Position numbers and translations under genes: made by a program
Shown here: piece after piece, positions 20,553 to 31,122 of the stretch
How the letters are laid out: every line of letters starts with the position of its first letter
Position numbering within the stretch: position 1 is the stretch's first letter
The notes under the pieces: generated by a model
What the model saw: the letters and a program-made list of their open reading frames with translations, nothing else
The model's database searches: none
What the model was told of the DNA's origin: nothing
NCBI GenBank assembly: GCA_030167865.1
Contig: JALAGF010005105.1
Span: 1-36,001 of the forward strand
Length of the DNA: 36,001 bases
DNA from: Craspedostauros australis
Taxonomy: Eukaryota
Direction: 5' to 3'

Positions 20553-22127
20553 CTACAAGGACTTGACCTTGTGCAGGGTTCCTCCGGTTTGGCAGTACTC
20601 CGTGAGCACCTTGCCCAGCTGCACGATGAAGGCATCGTTGTTGATTTCGTTGATGTTGGGGAGGTAGACGAGCGCATCGTTGATCTCCTTGCCGACGGGG
20701 AACTTGGATTCCGTGTGGTACTCCCACGTGGTGTTGATCATGCACACGATGTGATTGGCGTTGAGGAAGGCGCACAGGTCCAGGCGGTTCTTGCTCTGGT
20801 ACGCGTTCACCCAGCTGAACTCGCTGATGCCCAGGTTGTCCTCGTGCTGCTTCAGCACCGTCGGGGTCCACCACGGGAAGAGCTTGGCGTGGTACTCGGA
20901 GGGGATGCTGTCCAGCAGCACCTTGCGTCGCCGGACCTCCTCCCTCGAGATTCGACGGTACTTCTCCACCGCGGACAGGCCATACACCATGCTCTTCAGA
21001 TGCGCGACGCACGGTTGTCGCAGGAAGCCTGATTCGGCGTGCTGGAACGGCGTGATGGACTTGTTCTTGCGCACCTTCAGAGACATCTTGTACCACTGGA
21101 TGGCATCCCCGCGTTCGGAGACCAAGACGTAGGCCAGCAGGCCCATGAGGTTGTTGAAGCCCAGGGTGTTCTTGGCGATGAGGGTGTGGATACTCTGGTT
21201 CATGATGGCGATCAGGCGAGCCTTGCCGGTGTCCAGCGGACGCTCGTCGTGCATCTTGCGGCAGCTCTGGAAGAGCATGTCGCCATTCTTGGTGTGGCGG
21301 AAGTAGCCGAAGCCACCTCCGAAACAGGCCGGGGTCTTGTCCAGACCACCGCTGTACATGACGGCGTCCGAGTTGGGATGGCCCTTGTACTTGCCGAACA
21401 TGCTGCCCGATTGCACGTCGTCCTCGACGATCGGGATGTCGAACTTGGCCGCCCAGTCCCAGAACTTGGACTGCTCGAAGGGGACGCCGAACAGGTGCTG
21501 CGCCAGGATGAGATCGCATTCCTTGACGTCATCCTCGTTGATGGAGGACCAGTCGATGGTCCAGTCCTTGGCGTTCATGTCGACCTCCAGGAAGTCGATG
21601 CGGCAGTCCAGGCTCTTCTCCATCCCGCGCATGAGCCGGTAGAAGGAGCCGAACTGCACCGAGCAGCAGCAGATCTTGATGTGCGGCTTGCCGGTGCGCT
21701 CCTTGGCCCGGTCCAGCATCGTCTTGATGACGTAGTAGAAGATGGCACGGCAGGAGTGCGAGACGATGGTCTGGTGCTCGTCCAGCTCGTTCTGCGACAC
21801 ATCGTCCATGTCGGTCTCCCTGCTGACGTCTTCGACCGGCAGAACCGCGAGCCTCTTGAGGAAGAGCGTCTTGACTCGCTTGTTCCACAGCGCGCGCTTC
21901 TCCTTCGAGTTGCCCCCGTCGATGGACAGGGACTGCAGCAGCACGTACCAGTAATGATGGCGGATGGCCTCCGTGATGGAGTTGTAGACCCCGTACGGCG
22001 TCACCTTGGTGGTTCGCAGGATGGAGACGCAGAACTTGCGATGGAACGTCCCCAGCCACATGGCGATCACGAAGGCGGCGGACAGCGCTCCGTAGAACGC
22101 CCCCACGAGGGCTCCATTGGCATTCAT
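20553..22127 (-). CDS. Fold-type I PLP-dependent enzyme, DegT/DnrJ/EryC1/StrS-like, with an N-terminal membrane anchor; about 524 aa, intronless
   Basis: HSCRAIF; LILAQHLFGVP; DIPIVEDDVQS (compare EDAAQA); YSGGLDKTPACFGGG (PLP-lysine loop); C-terminal LVYLPN. N-terminal hydrophobic helix ALVGAFYGALSAAFVIAMWLG. Strong C/G third-position bias begins at ATG 22127. Confidence 0.8.
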   Translation of the reverse strand: MNANGALVGAFYGALSAAFVIAMWLGTFHRKFCVSILRTTKVTPYGVYNSITEAIRHHYWYVLLQSLSIDGGNSKEKRALWNKRVKTLFLKRLAVLPVEDVSRETDMDDVSQNELDEHQTIVSHSCRAIFYYVIKTMLDRAKERTGKPHIKICCCSVQFGSFYRLMRGMEKSLDCRIDFLEVDMNAKDWTIDWSSINEDDVKECDLILAQHLFGVPFEQSKFWDWAAKFDIPIVEDDVQSGSMFGKYKGHPNSDAVMYSGGLDKTPACFGGGFGYFRHTKNGDMLFQSCRKMHDERPLDTGKARLIAIMNQSIHTLIAKNTLGFNNLMGLLAYVLVSERGDAIQWYKMSLKVRKNKSITPFQHAESGFLRQPCVAHLKSMVYGLSAVEKYRRISREEVRRRKVLLDSIPSEYHAKLFPWWTPTVLKQHEDNLGISEFSWVNAYQSKNRLDLCAFLNANHIVCMINTTWEYHTESKFPVGKEINDALVYLPNINEINNDAFIVQLGKVLTEYCQTGGTLHKVKSL

Positions 22128-22486
22128 CTCTCTTTGTTCTTTGTTTAATTGAGTATGATGTGATATTATATTATATGGTCGTACTGAATGGGCAGAGAGG
22201 ATGTGATCGCTGCTGCCGCTGATTCTCACAACGTCAATCGTATTGGCGAGTTGTGCCGTGCTATGATGCGCAGTACAAGTAGACCGTGTGTGCGCTCTAC
22301 CAATAGTAGGTGCTGGGATTGTAGCAGTTTGGTGGCAAGTTGCCAGATCTGGATGATCCCGTTCTCTGCCGATCGTTTGTTTCCACTATGAGTATTATGC
22401 AATATTATATAGAATAATATAATAGATCCAAGGGAATACCGACAAATGAAGAGACTCGCTTGTTGGCAGAAGTGTGTTGGTATGCA

Positions 22487-22528
22487 CACAAGTGTTGGCA
22501 CAAGTGTTGGCACAAGTGTTAGCACAAG
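22487..22528. repeat. 12-bp tandem repeat (CACAAGTGTTRG)x3.5 upstream of the DegT-like gene
   Basis: Directly visible. Confidence 0.9.
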
Positions 22529-23310
22529 CGCAAGGTTGGCAAGATGGAGGATTCTCTCCCGATGACTTTGTGCGCCAATCCTGGAAAGCCTTGGAATCCG
22601 ATGGTCTGCGCCTCCCTGTTTCGTTTGCACCTGTTGGTGTTGGCCGCGAATTCTTCCGCTGTGTTGCCTCCATTTTGTGTTCCGCCATTCGCCGGCATTG
22701 GCGAGATGGTTGGAGATGATGCATTACCTCTCTGCTAAATACGCTTTTGCCGAAATGTCATGTGGTTTGGTGTGGCTTTGATGCAAGATTCGTTTGTTTG
22801 CGGAGAGCTACGTCATTGGCACAAACAGAAATGCGCGCCATGTCCGTTCAATTTTGAAAAGACTTTTCTGATTGGTTGATGCGTAGCTGTCAGTCGTCCG
22901 AATGACACCGCAAGACCATCTTGCTGTTGTCACATGAAGCCAGCAACACAAAACAACACAAGGGAATGTGTGCGCGTACGAAGGGGGAAGTGGAGTAAAG
23001 TCGGGTGCTCTGCTCCACCCTATTCTATTGCACCATGCTCTTGTCTACAACAGCAGAGACGATCAGGGCAGAGCATGGTGTGGTGTGGTAACGAATGTTC
23101 TCAAGGTCACTATCATGATTTTACGAATACGAGCTACTCTACCACACCCTACATCAAGTTCTTTCCATCAAATCCGTCCGTCGCCCACCCGAAGCTGCCG
23201 CCACCGTCGCAAGGGATCTCCACCCAAGAGTTGGATCATCGTCGCGGTGTTGTCATCACGGACGTTTAACTGCCACTGCCATACTGCCCCGTTGCTTCAC
23301 GGCGGCAATC

Positions 23311-24501
23311 TCAAAGGGACACGTCGTCCCACGATTCGCCGATCTCCTGCTTGCATTCGTCGTCATCGCTGTCTTGGAACAGGGACACTCGGCGTCGGGA
23401 CTTGCGGGCGGCATTGGAGATGCGGGGCGTGTCGTCGACGCTGTTGGTGCTGAAAGCCGACGAGGAGGCGAAGGCTCTGGAGGACGAGCGCATGGACGAT
23501 GCCATCATGGAGGATCCAGGGGCGCGGGTGCGCATGGACTTGCTGGATAGGAATTCGGATGGGTCGCACTCCATCCCCAGCTCGGCCATTTCTTCTGGGG
23601 TCAGGTCGAGGCCGTCAAAGTCGTCTTCCGGGTGCCCTGCACGAGTATGCTTGCGCTTGTTCTGGCTTCGTGACAGCAGATTGTAGCGGCACAGGAACAC
23701 GCTGGTCTGCAGGAGCACGGCCACGCCGAATACCGTGCTGTAGGCGAACACTTTCGTGGTACGTCCGCCGCTCTTGGTGCCCTGGCCTTGTCCATCGCTT
23801 GCGACGGTGGCGCCGCCGCTGCTGGCATCCAACAGGACCATCGTCGATGTGGATACGATTCGTGTCGTCTCAGCATCGTGCATGCTCGCCACGTCGTCGG
23901 GGTCATCGCTCACCAGTGCCACCACATTTACCGTGAGCGCCACGATCTTGGATGGTTCGTCATCACCACCATCGTCACCGCCGCCCGGCGAGTCATCTTC
24001 TCCTTTTCCACTGGGTGTCAAGGATTGCTCTTCCAAGGCACCGAAGAACTTCAGCCAGATGGGGGTCTCGATGATGCAACCGCCTTCGCATCCGATGGCT
24101 TCGTCAAGCACCACCTGCCGGGCTTCGATGTTGCCCATCGAGTCCGTGAGGTACACGTGATCGACGGTCTGCAGGACCCCTGGAGAGAACTGCGGCGTGA
24201 AGAGGCACAGCGAGAGCAGGTTCCCAGGTTTGAACAGAGCGTCGTCGTCCAGGCACTCCCCCATTCCCCCTGCATTGACTCCATTGGCGGTGTCGATCGC
24301 GTCACCTTCATTTGAGTCGCCTGAACTGTCCGTTTCTTCGACGCTGCTGGCAGTGCCGTCGGTGGTGGTAGTCGTGCAGGGGCATACGATGACTTCGCTG
24401 AGACCGTTCTGAGGCTCGGCGGTGGCCTCCGTCGCCCAGATCTGGGCTGCCATGGCAGCGATGGCAAGGCCGGTTGAGGCAGAACGAATGAGGAACTTCA
24501 T
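23311..24501 (-). CDS. Uncharacterised type I membrane protein (signal peptide, six-Cys extracellular domain, one TM helix, Ser-rich tail); 396 aa
   Basis: Signal MKFLIRSASTGLAIAAMAAQIWA. Cys pattern CPC...C...C...CEGGC followed by ETPIWLKFF. TM VFAYSTVFGVAVLLQTSVFLC followed by basic RSQNKRKH. Confidence 0.75.
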   Translation of the reverse strand: MKFLIRSASTGLAIAAMAAQIWATEATAEPQNGLSEVIVCPCTTTTTDGTASSVEETDSSGDSNEGDAIDTANGVNAGGMGECLDDDALFKPGNLLSLCLFTPQFSPGVLQTVDHVYLTDSMGNIEARQVVLDEAIGCEGGCIIETPIWLKFFGALEEQSLTPSGKGEDDSPGGGDDGGDDEPSKIVALTVNVVALVSDDPDDVASMHDAETTRIVSTSTMVLLDASSGGATVASDGQGQGTKSGGRTTKVFAYSTVFGVAVLLQTSVFLCRYNLLSRSQNKRKHTRAGHPEDDFDGLDLTPEEMAELGMECDPSEFLSSKSMRTRAPGSSMMASSMRSSSRAFASSSAFSTNSVDDTPRISNAARKSRRRVSLFQDSDDDECKQEIGESWDDVSL

Positions 24502-25915
24502 GCTCTCTTGTCTTGGTGTTCTTGAATGTGCTTGGATGCGCTTGGGTGTTGTGTGGGATGTACTTGCGTTTCTGCTTCTATGATTGAAACGAGATGCAGA
24601 CTGTGTGGAGACTATGTGGACACTGTGTGTGGACTGCAGGGAGACGGTGGTGTTGCGCGAAGCTGTGGAAATGGATGAATCGACGAATCAATGAATGTGT
24701 TTGGATGAATGAAGAAACGACGGTTGAGAATGCGATTCTTCAATACCGCAGTATGGTATAGTGCCCTGATGCGCTGATGCTTCTGGTCTGTTGTACTGTA
24801 CCGATTGAAAGCTTCGACAGGTGACGACTCGATGTTTGATGTGGTTGTGTGTGTGTGGAAGGTCTTCTTGCTTTTGTTGTGCTTCGGAGTTGTGTGCTTG
24901 TGGGCGCTCTCCGAAAAGTGGGTTTGTGAGAGAAAGTGCCGCACAGTCAGTTGTGGTCTCTGCCGTGCTGTGCCGTGCTGTGCCGTGCTGTGGTTTTGTG
25001 TTGTGGAGTGGAGTGCCTTGGAGTGCTCGCAGTGGGAAAGGAACCAACACCATCGAACCCGGCAACGAACGAAGCTGTGAACATCCGTTGTTGCTGATCG
25101 CCGAAAGTGTAGAATCAGACTTTGGATCGGATCTCGTGAATGAAACACGCCGATGAATGCAGTCGCCGGTGGACATCGCCGCCTTCATGCCCTTGTGTGC
25201 ACGAGCCAGCGTCCTGTTGAATCGGACAACGACGATCCAATTCCATCACACGGTGTCGCGGTTCCGGACCCGTGTCGGGGCTCGTTTGCGGTGGTTGCAA
25301 CGCGACAGATCATGGTTTCCAAATCGTGGAGAAAAAATGGAGCGTATGGTATGGTCCACGCTGTGAGGGCAGCCAACAGCCATCATCTTGTTCAGTCGGA
25401 ACAGCAACCGTCGATTTGAAGAAATGATGGCTCTCGGCAACCACAAACAAGACGTTCTTCTGCGCATGTTTCCTTGGCATCTTTGTTTTGCGCGTGATTT
25501 TTCAAATCTGGATTTGGGTCGAACGAGTCATATGCTATCCACGACTAGAATGTGGCGCGAACCTCGCAATTTTGTGCTGTTCGGCGACGTTCATCGACAC
25601 ATCACAACAATCTCGGCTCTCGTTGGTTCGTCGTGTTGGCTCCAGATGATGCTGCCGCATTCATGATACAATAAGAATTATTTTGTGGCAACACTATTGC
25701 ACAAGATTAGATGATGTTATATATTCGTATGTTTGTGATGTGGGCGACTAATTGAAGGGATCTTGTTGCTATTCGCGAGAATTGTTGTCGTCGCGGTCAC
25801 CACTGTCACTACCGCCACTAACGTCGCTACCATCAGCATCATCGCCACTATGGCTGGAAGCACTGCCAGCAGCCGCACCATGGTACTCGCACATGTGTAG
25901 ATGCAATCAATCGAA

Positions 25916-28305
25916 TTATCCAGCAACCTCTTCCGACTCTTCAAAGCCGTGCTTCTTCTGCAGATCCATGTGAAGGAATGCGCAGGAACGTCCTCTGGTG
26001 CACTGGCCGAGGTGGAACGCCAAGCAATGCTGAGCATGGCTGTTTTTCTTCCAAAACTCCACTTGCTCCGACTTGTCCATCTCCTTGAGCTTGGCGATCG
26101 TTTCCTGCTGCGGTACGGCGGTGCCTTCCTTGAGGTAGAAATCTAGTGCCTTGCCTTCTCGCTTGGCCTTGCGCATCATGCGTTCCTCGAAGCGCTTGCG
26201 CTTGCCCTCCTCGAACTTCTTGCGTTCGACCGCCTCCTTCTCACGTTGGGCCCTCTCCTTGTCGTACTGGAACGTCGAGGGGTCTGCCTGATATCCCTTG
26301 ATCTTGGTGAGGATGGCATCAACTTCATCCACCGTTGTGCAGGCCAAGCAGTCCTCCATCAGCTGGTACTGCAGAAGCTCCTGCTTGCACATCCGGCGGG
26401 TGTGAAAGATCACGGTCCTCACGGTGGCCGGGAAGAGACGCACCAACTCCAGGTATTCCTTCGCAAGACCGACCTTATCATCGGCGGCAGCGTAGAGATG
26501 TCCTAGTTGCATCGGGATTTTCTGCAGCATCCCTTGATTCTGTCCGTCTCGCCCGTTCTTCTTCTTTTGCGGGCCCTTCTCCAGATTATCCCTCGCCTTT
26601 CTCAGCTTCTTCGCAGTCTTGGCCCCATCCCTCAGCACGCTCTTTTGCACATTGGATAGCTGCTTGCCTGACTGCTCGAGGTTTCGAAGATACTCCAGCT
26701 GCTTCAGCTTCTTTTCCCACTTGATGACCTTGTTCTCCAGCTTGATTTCCGCCATGGTCTTCTTGTGAACGCCCTTGTTATTCCTTGGCCTGGCATCGAG
26801 GACGTGAACGACCTTGTCGGGTTCATCGCGGCCTCCGTAGCGACCGAGAAAGAGCGCGGGATCGTCCAGCAGACCTTCGGCGCTCATGATGCCGTCAGCC
26901 CGCGTCGCGTCCAGGTTCTTTTCCACATCGTCGTACGTGATGGTGTTGCCGTTGGACACGATGCGGACATGCGGTAGCTCCTTCTTCAGTCTTTGGACCT
27001 GATCGAGCTTGGCTGGACCATCTCTGGCGCCCGGGCCCTTGCGATCCCACGTGGCGCGGTGTCGCGCATGGATCGCTATGAGGCTTGCGCCCGCGTTGTG
27101 CAGCTGCTCGACGAGTTCCTTGGTATCCTCGTAGGTGTTGAGCAGTCGGATTTTGACAAAGACGGGCAGGGACGTCGACTGCGCTGCAGCTTTGATCATC
27201 TTCAGCACAGTCACGCGGTCCTTCTTGTCCAGGAGGTACTGCCAGAAGTGAATTGTGATGCATAGTGTAATCAGTGGTAGGTAGCAGAGCCGGAGCAAAA
27301 CGAGAAATCACGGAGTCGCGTAGGAGATGGAATCAGCGATCAGTGATAGCAGATTGATGGCGGTGATACGCTTCTGGGCTTGCGCAATGGTTCTGACACT
27401 GACACTGGCGCTGACACTGGCAACGCAATTAATGCGAGCGAAGCAAGAAGCTAGCATCTTACAATCCGAGGCCTCCGTGTCGTCATGGATTGTTCAATTC
27501 ATTCCGCCTGCAATGATGCAGACATTCTCAATCCGGAAAATCGGGAGGGCCAAGACCAAGGAAAGACGGAAGGAAGCAAGGAAGGAATCAAGGGAGGAAT
27601 CAAAGTGGCACTCACCGATCCGAAATGCCCCAAGAAGGCAGTGCGCTGTGGACAGCCAAGATTAAGGTCGATTGCATTCGCGTTGATCTTCGCCGCCTGA
27701 ACCGCGGCAGCTTTGAAGTCCTCGGGTGTGTTGGCAGAGAAGTGGCACACCAAAGGCCGATCGCATGCGACAGTGGAGAATTCCTTGCTGCGATATTCAA
27801 ATCCGGCATCTCCCTTGTCACCGAATTTCTCGGCCGACATCATGGGCGTGTACGCAGCCTGCGCCCCGTATTTTCGACAGAGCAACCGGAAAGGTAGCTC
27901 AGAGGCACCCACCATTGGGGCCAGGATGTACTTGTGATCAAACGACAGAGCGCGCTTTCCCGTTTCGTCCAGCTCCTCCTTTCGGTCGTAGACGATGGAC
28001 GCAACCTGGTCTTTGTCGGATGCCTCGCCGTTGTTCCCATCATTTCCATTGTTGTTGCCGTTACTGTTGGAATCGTCTCTGGCCGTTGCTGCCGCTGCAA
28101 TCGTTCGGTTGACGAGCTTCTCCTTTGTATTGTGTTTCTTGAGCGCCTCTCGTCCTTCACGTCTGCGCTTTTTGCGACCGGTCTCTGGCTTCGCGGTTGA
28201 CTTTGCAGCAGGCGATTCACCAGCTGTTGACCCTTCAGCCTTTCTCTTTGCTTTCTTCGAAGAATCCCGATTGCGCTTCTTCTTGCGCTCGCCTCCTTTG
28301 CCCAT
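25916..28305 (-). CDS. tRNA-dihydrouridine synthase (DUS1-like) with a C-terminal CCCH zinc finger; complement(join(25916..27238,27616..28305)), about 670 aa
   Basis: ILAPMVGASELPFRLLCRKYG, YTPM, DRPLVCHF, IDLNLGCPQ (catalytic Cys), PVFVKIRL, IHAR, SNGN, GIMSAEGLLDDPALF. Intron 27239-27615 (GTGAGT...GGCAG) rejoins GHFGS|YLLD. CCCH finger CLAFHLGQCTRGRSCAFLH. K/R-rich NLS-like N-terminus. Confidence 0.93.
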
Positions 28306-29189
28306 CGTTTAATTCACAAGGATACAAATAGTATTAGAGAATATAATGTATAGTAATACTGATGCTGACGATTGGCTGCTCGATTGATTGGTTGCCTGAT
28401 TGGTTGAATTGATTGGTCGAATTGATTGATTGGTGTATTCCAAGCTGCCTTCGCCGGCGAAACACTACAATTGCGTGTGTATTGGCACAATTGTCGAAAT
28501 CGTTGTCGCAAGATGGGAGGAACGATGGTGATGGATGTAGTGGCAGACAGTGGTCGATCCTTTCGTTGGTGTCGAGATGTGTTCGAGTGCGCATAGTATG
28601 GTAGGTAAGGTTATAGGGTGGACCGTACAGGTTGCTCTGTCGATGACATGGACATTGGCATGGTGCACATGAAGATGAACACAGGAACACAACCATGAGA
28701 AAGGATTGGTGAAAGAAGGATTCCCATCGAACGAAGGAAAGACGAAACATCAAAAAGATACCCTCGTTTCAAAGTCTTCCATTCGGAGATAGAGACACAT
28801 CCTACTACTATACCATACCACCTACACGTAGCTCGTCGAACAGTATGCACTCTAGAATAGTAGTAGTGATGTTGTGGTTATCGTGTGGATCAGCTATAGA
28901 CGAGACATGCGCAGAACCAGGAGCAGGACATTCGAATGAGGGTAGAGAGAGTGATCCATTTCAAGTCGAGTAGTATGCATTGCTCATGCCTTGCTGCGTG
29001 ATAGCATAGAAATGCACGAGGATTGCATATAATAAATGCTATGTATGGTCCTACGAGTACAATGAATGCCACATACACCACATCCGCCGCATATGGTACA
29101 CAGTCATCGCATTATGGCAGCAGAGCGGTTGCGGAATGCTCATTGGGCAGTGTCGCTGCTCGGTGGTCTCTGTGCCACGGACGCTCAGA

Positions 29190-29610
29190 AGCGGTGATGG
29201 TGAAGTTGATCTTTGATCGAAGGGTGCCACGTCCGTCCTCGTGAGAGAATCCTTTTAGATGGTCTGGCGCAGGGCTGATGCAGCATTCGTGTATCTGCAA
29301 TCGCCGTGACCGTTTCGGAGATTGGAACCCGTGAACACGAAGGAATAGGCGATCCAACCTACCTCATCCTCGAAAGACTTGCTCTGTTCGAGGCACCCCT
29401 CTTCGTTGAGGGTCCTCTGTAGCATTGTTTGTGTGACGCTTCCTCTCGAGTTTGCATAGAGGCCAGCTGGCGGCGGGTCCTCTGAGCGTTATGGGCGAAC
29501 CAAGTATAGACGAATTCATCGCAAGATGGAATTGTGGGTGCCAGGGTTCGAGGATTCGACTATCCATCATTGTTGGTGCCGACATCACTGACGCTGCTGA
29601 TGTCGCCCCC
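29190..29610 (-). pseudogene. Frameshifted, stop-containing tandem duplicate of the 3' part of the 30226..31122 gene
   Basis: Three collinear blocks separated by frameshifts: GDISSVSDVGTNNDG*SNPRTLAPTIPSCDEFVYTW vs GDSYTSGTSGTDNDNVWDPVTPPPTPEPHDEFDFVW; LQRTLNEEGCLEQSKSFEDEVGWIAYSFVFTG vs LRNTFSENECIHQCKFFAGEAWLIAYFFVFTG; GRGTLRSKI vs GRGIIRSKI. Positions 29328-29354 match 30365-30391 at 25 of 27 nt. Confidence 0.85.
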
Positions 29611-30225
29611 TCCCGTATGCCTGGATGAAGACGTGTTCCGAGATAGAGCCATCCGGATGGCCATGGCGCGATTGATTGGCAGCGTATCTCGGGAATGCAG
29701 TCTTGCATTGCGAGATACCATTCTGTTGTTGTATTCTCTGGGGACGCGTTGCGTCGCATACCATCCGTTGCAATTGCATTGCCCAACTTGATCGCAAGAT
29801 ATGCGTCGCAGGAATATTCGTACTCATCAACCATGCCACGCTCTTCCCGCACATGCGCAATGAAAATGAGAGCATCCATTGGATATGCGAAAGACATCAT
29901 TGCTACTCCGGCGGCGACACTCTTGCGCGAGTAAGCGCGCGACGGCCGACGTAAAGCATTGCGATTGACGCTCCGCGAGTGTCAATTTAGTGCACAGCAT
30001 GTTGGATAGTTCCAATGCGCGTGGATCTTTGCAATGATGCTGAGCGTATGAGCAGGGACCACCCTCCACGTAAGTCAAGTTGATTGACACCAGGCCGTAC
30101 TGCGTGTTTGCAATGACCGTTCTTGCTAAATCTTGAGCGTGACATGCTTCGCTGCAGTAGGAGAGCGATTACAGAGAATGAGAATACCCGTCGAACAGAG
30201 TCGCTGCTCCGCGGTCGCTGCGCGA

Positions 30226-31122
30226 TCAGCACTCAAAGGTGGGTATGGGTATCTTTGATCGAATGATGCCACGTCCTGTCGTCATGACGCCATCTCTTTC
30301 CAGACAGGTTCGCAAAGGGCTGGAGTAGCATATGCAATCCAGGAAGTCGTTGCTGGGGACTGGGCCCGTGAACACGAAGAAGTAGGCGATCAACCATGCC
30401 TCACCAGCGAAAAACTTGCATTGATGGATGCACTCGTTTTCGCTGAATGTATTGCGCAGCCTTATGCTCGCATCGATATTGGCTGGCAGCACATCTGCCG
30501 CTTCATAGTCGCACCAAACAAAGTCGAATTCGTCGTGAGGTTCAGGCGTCGGTGGCGGGGTTACAGGATCCCACACGTTATCATTGTCGGTGCCCGAAGT
30601 GCCGGACGTGTAGCTGTCCCCAGAAAGCCCTTCATCGCCTGATATGATCGTAAATATCAAGACGGCCAGAGCCACCGCCACGAAGACCACCACGGCTATC
30701 GCCTTCAGGTTGATCTTGTTCGTTTCCACGCTCCTCGTCGAATTGTCGGCGTATCCCACCGCCTCCTGGATTACGACGGGGGAGCCATCGGGATTCCTGT
30801 TGTTGCGGTCGCCTGAAGTTCCCAGATCCGACTCAGGAATCACAGTGATGGCGCGACGACCTGGCGCAGTCTCGTTCTCCGCAGAATCTGCAGAATCCAA
30901 GCCCTCTTCATCGCACGGTGTGAGAGATGCATTCGGAATGCGTCGCAAGGATGCTGCTCCATGCGTCTGGTGCACCGTTCTGCCGCTGTTGGTCTCGAAT
31001 CGTTCGCTGTTGTTGATGTACCTCACATCGGCCATTGCAACGGGGATGCTGGCCATCTCAGTGTCACCGTTGGCGTCATCGATCACCGCCGTTGCATCGG
31101 CGACGGGGAAGTTGCTGCTCAT
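30226..31122 (-). CDS. Uncharacterised single-pass (type II-like) membrane protein with a C-terminal Cys-rich domain; 298 aa
   Basis: Disordered N-terminus, TM AIAVVVFVAVALAVLIFTII, PT-rich stalk, then a seven-Cys domain (C...ECIHQC...DCICY...C...C). The adjacent decayed paralog supports this reading frame. Confidence 0.75.
   Translation of the reverse strand: MSSNFPVADATAVIDDANGDTEMASIPVAMADVRYINNSERFETNSGRTVHQTHGAASLRRIPNASLTPCDEEGLDSADSAENETAPGRRAITVIPESDLGTSGDRNNRNPDGSPVVIQEAVGYADNSTRSVETNKINLKAIAVVVFVAVALAVLIFTIISGDEGLSGDSYTSGTSGTDNDNVWDPVTPPPTPEPHDEFDFVWCDYEAADVLPANIDASIRLRNTFSENECIHQCKFFAGEAWLIAYFFVFTGPVPSNDFLDCICYSSPLRTCLERDGVMTTGRGIIRSKIPIPTFEC

Noticed and set aside
29364-29900. 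178-aa ORF as an independent gene
   Set aside because: It overlaps the pseudogene largely out of the homologous frames and has no recognisable domain.
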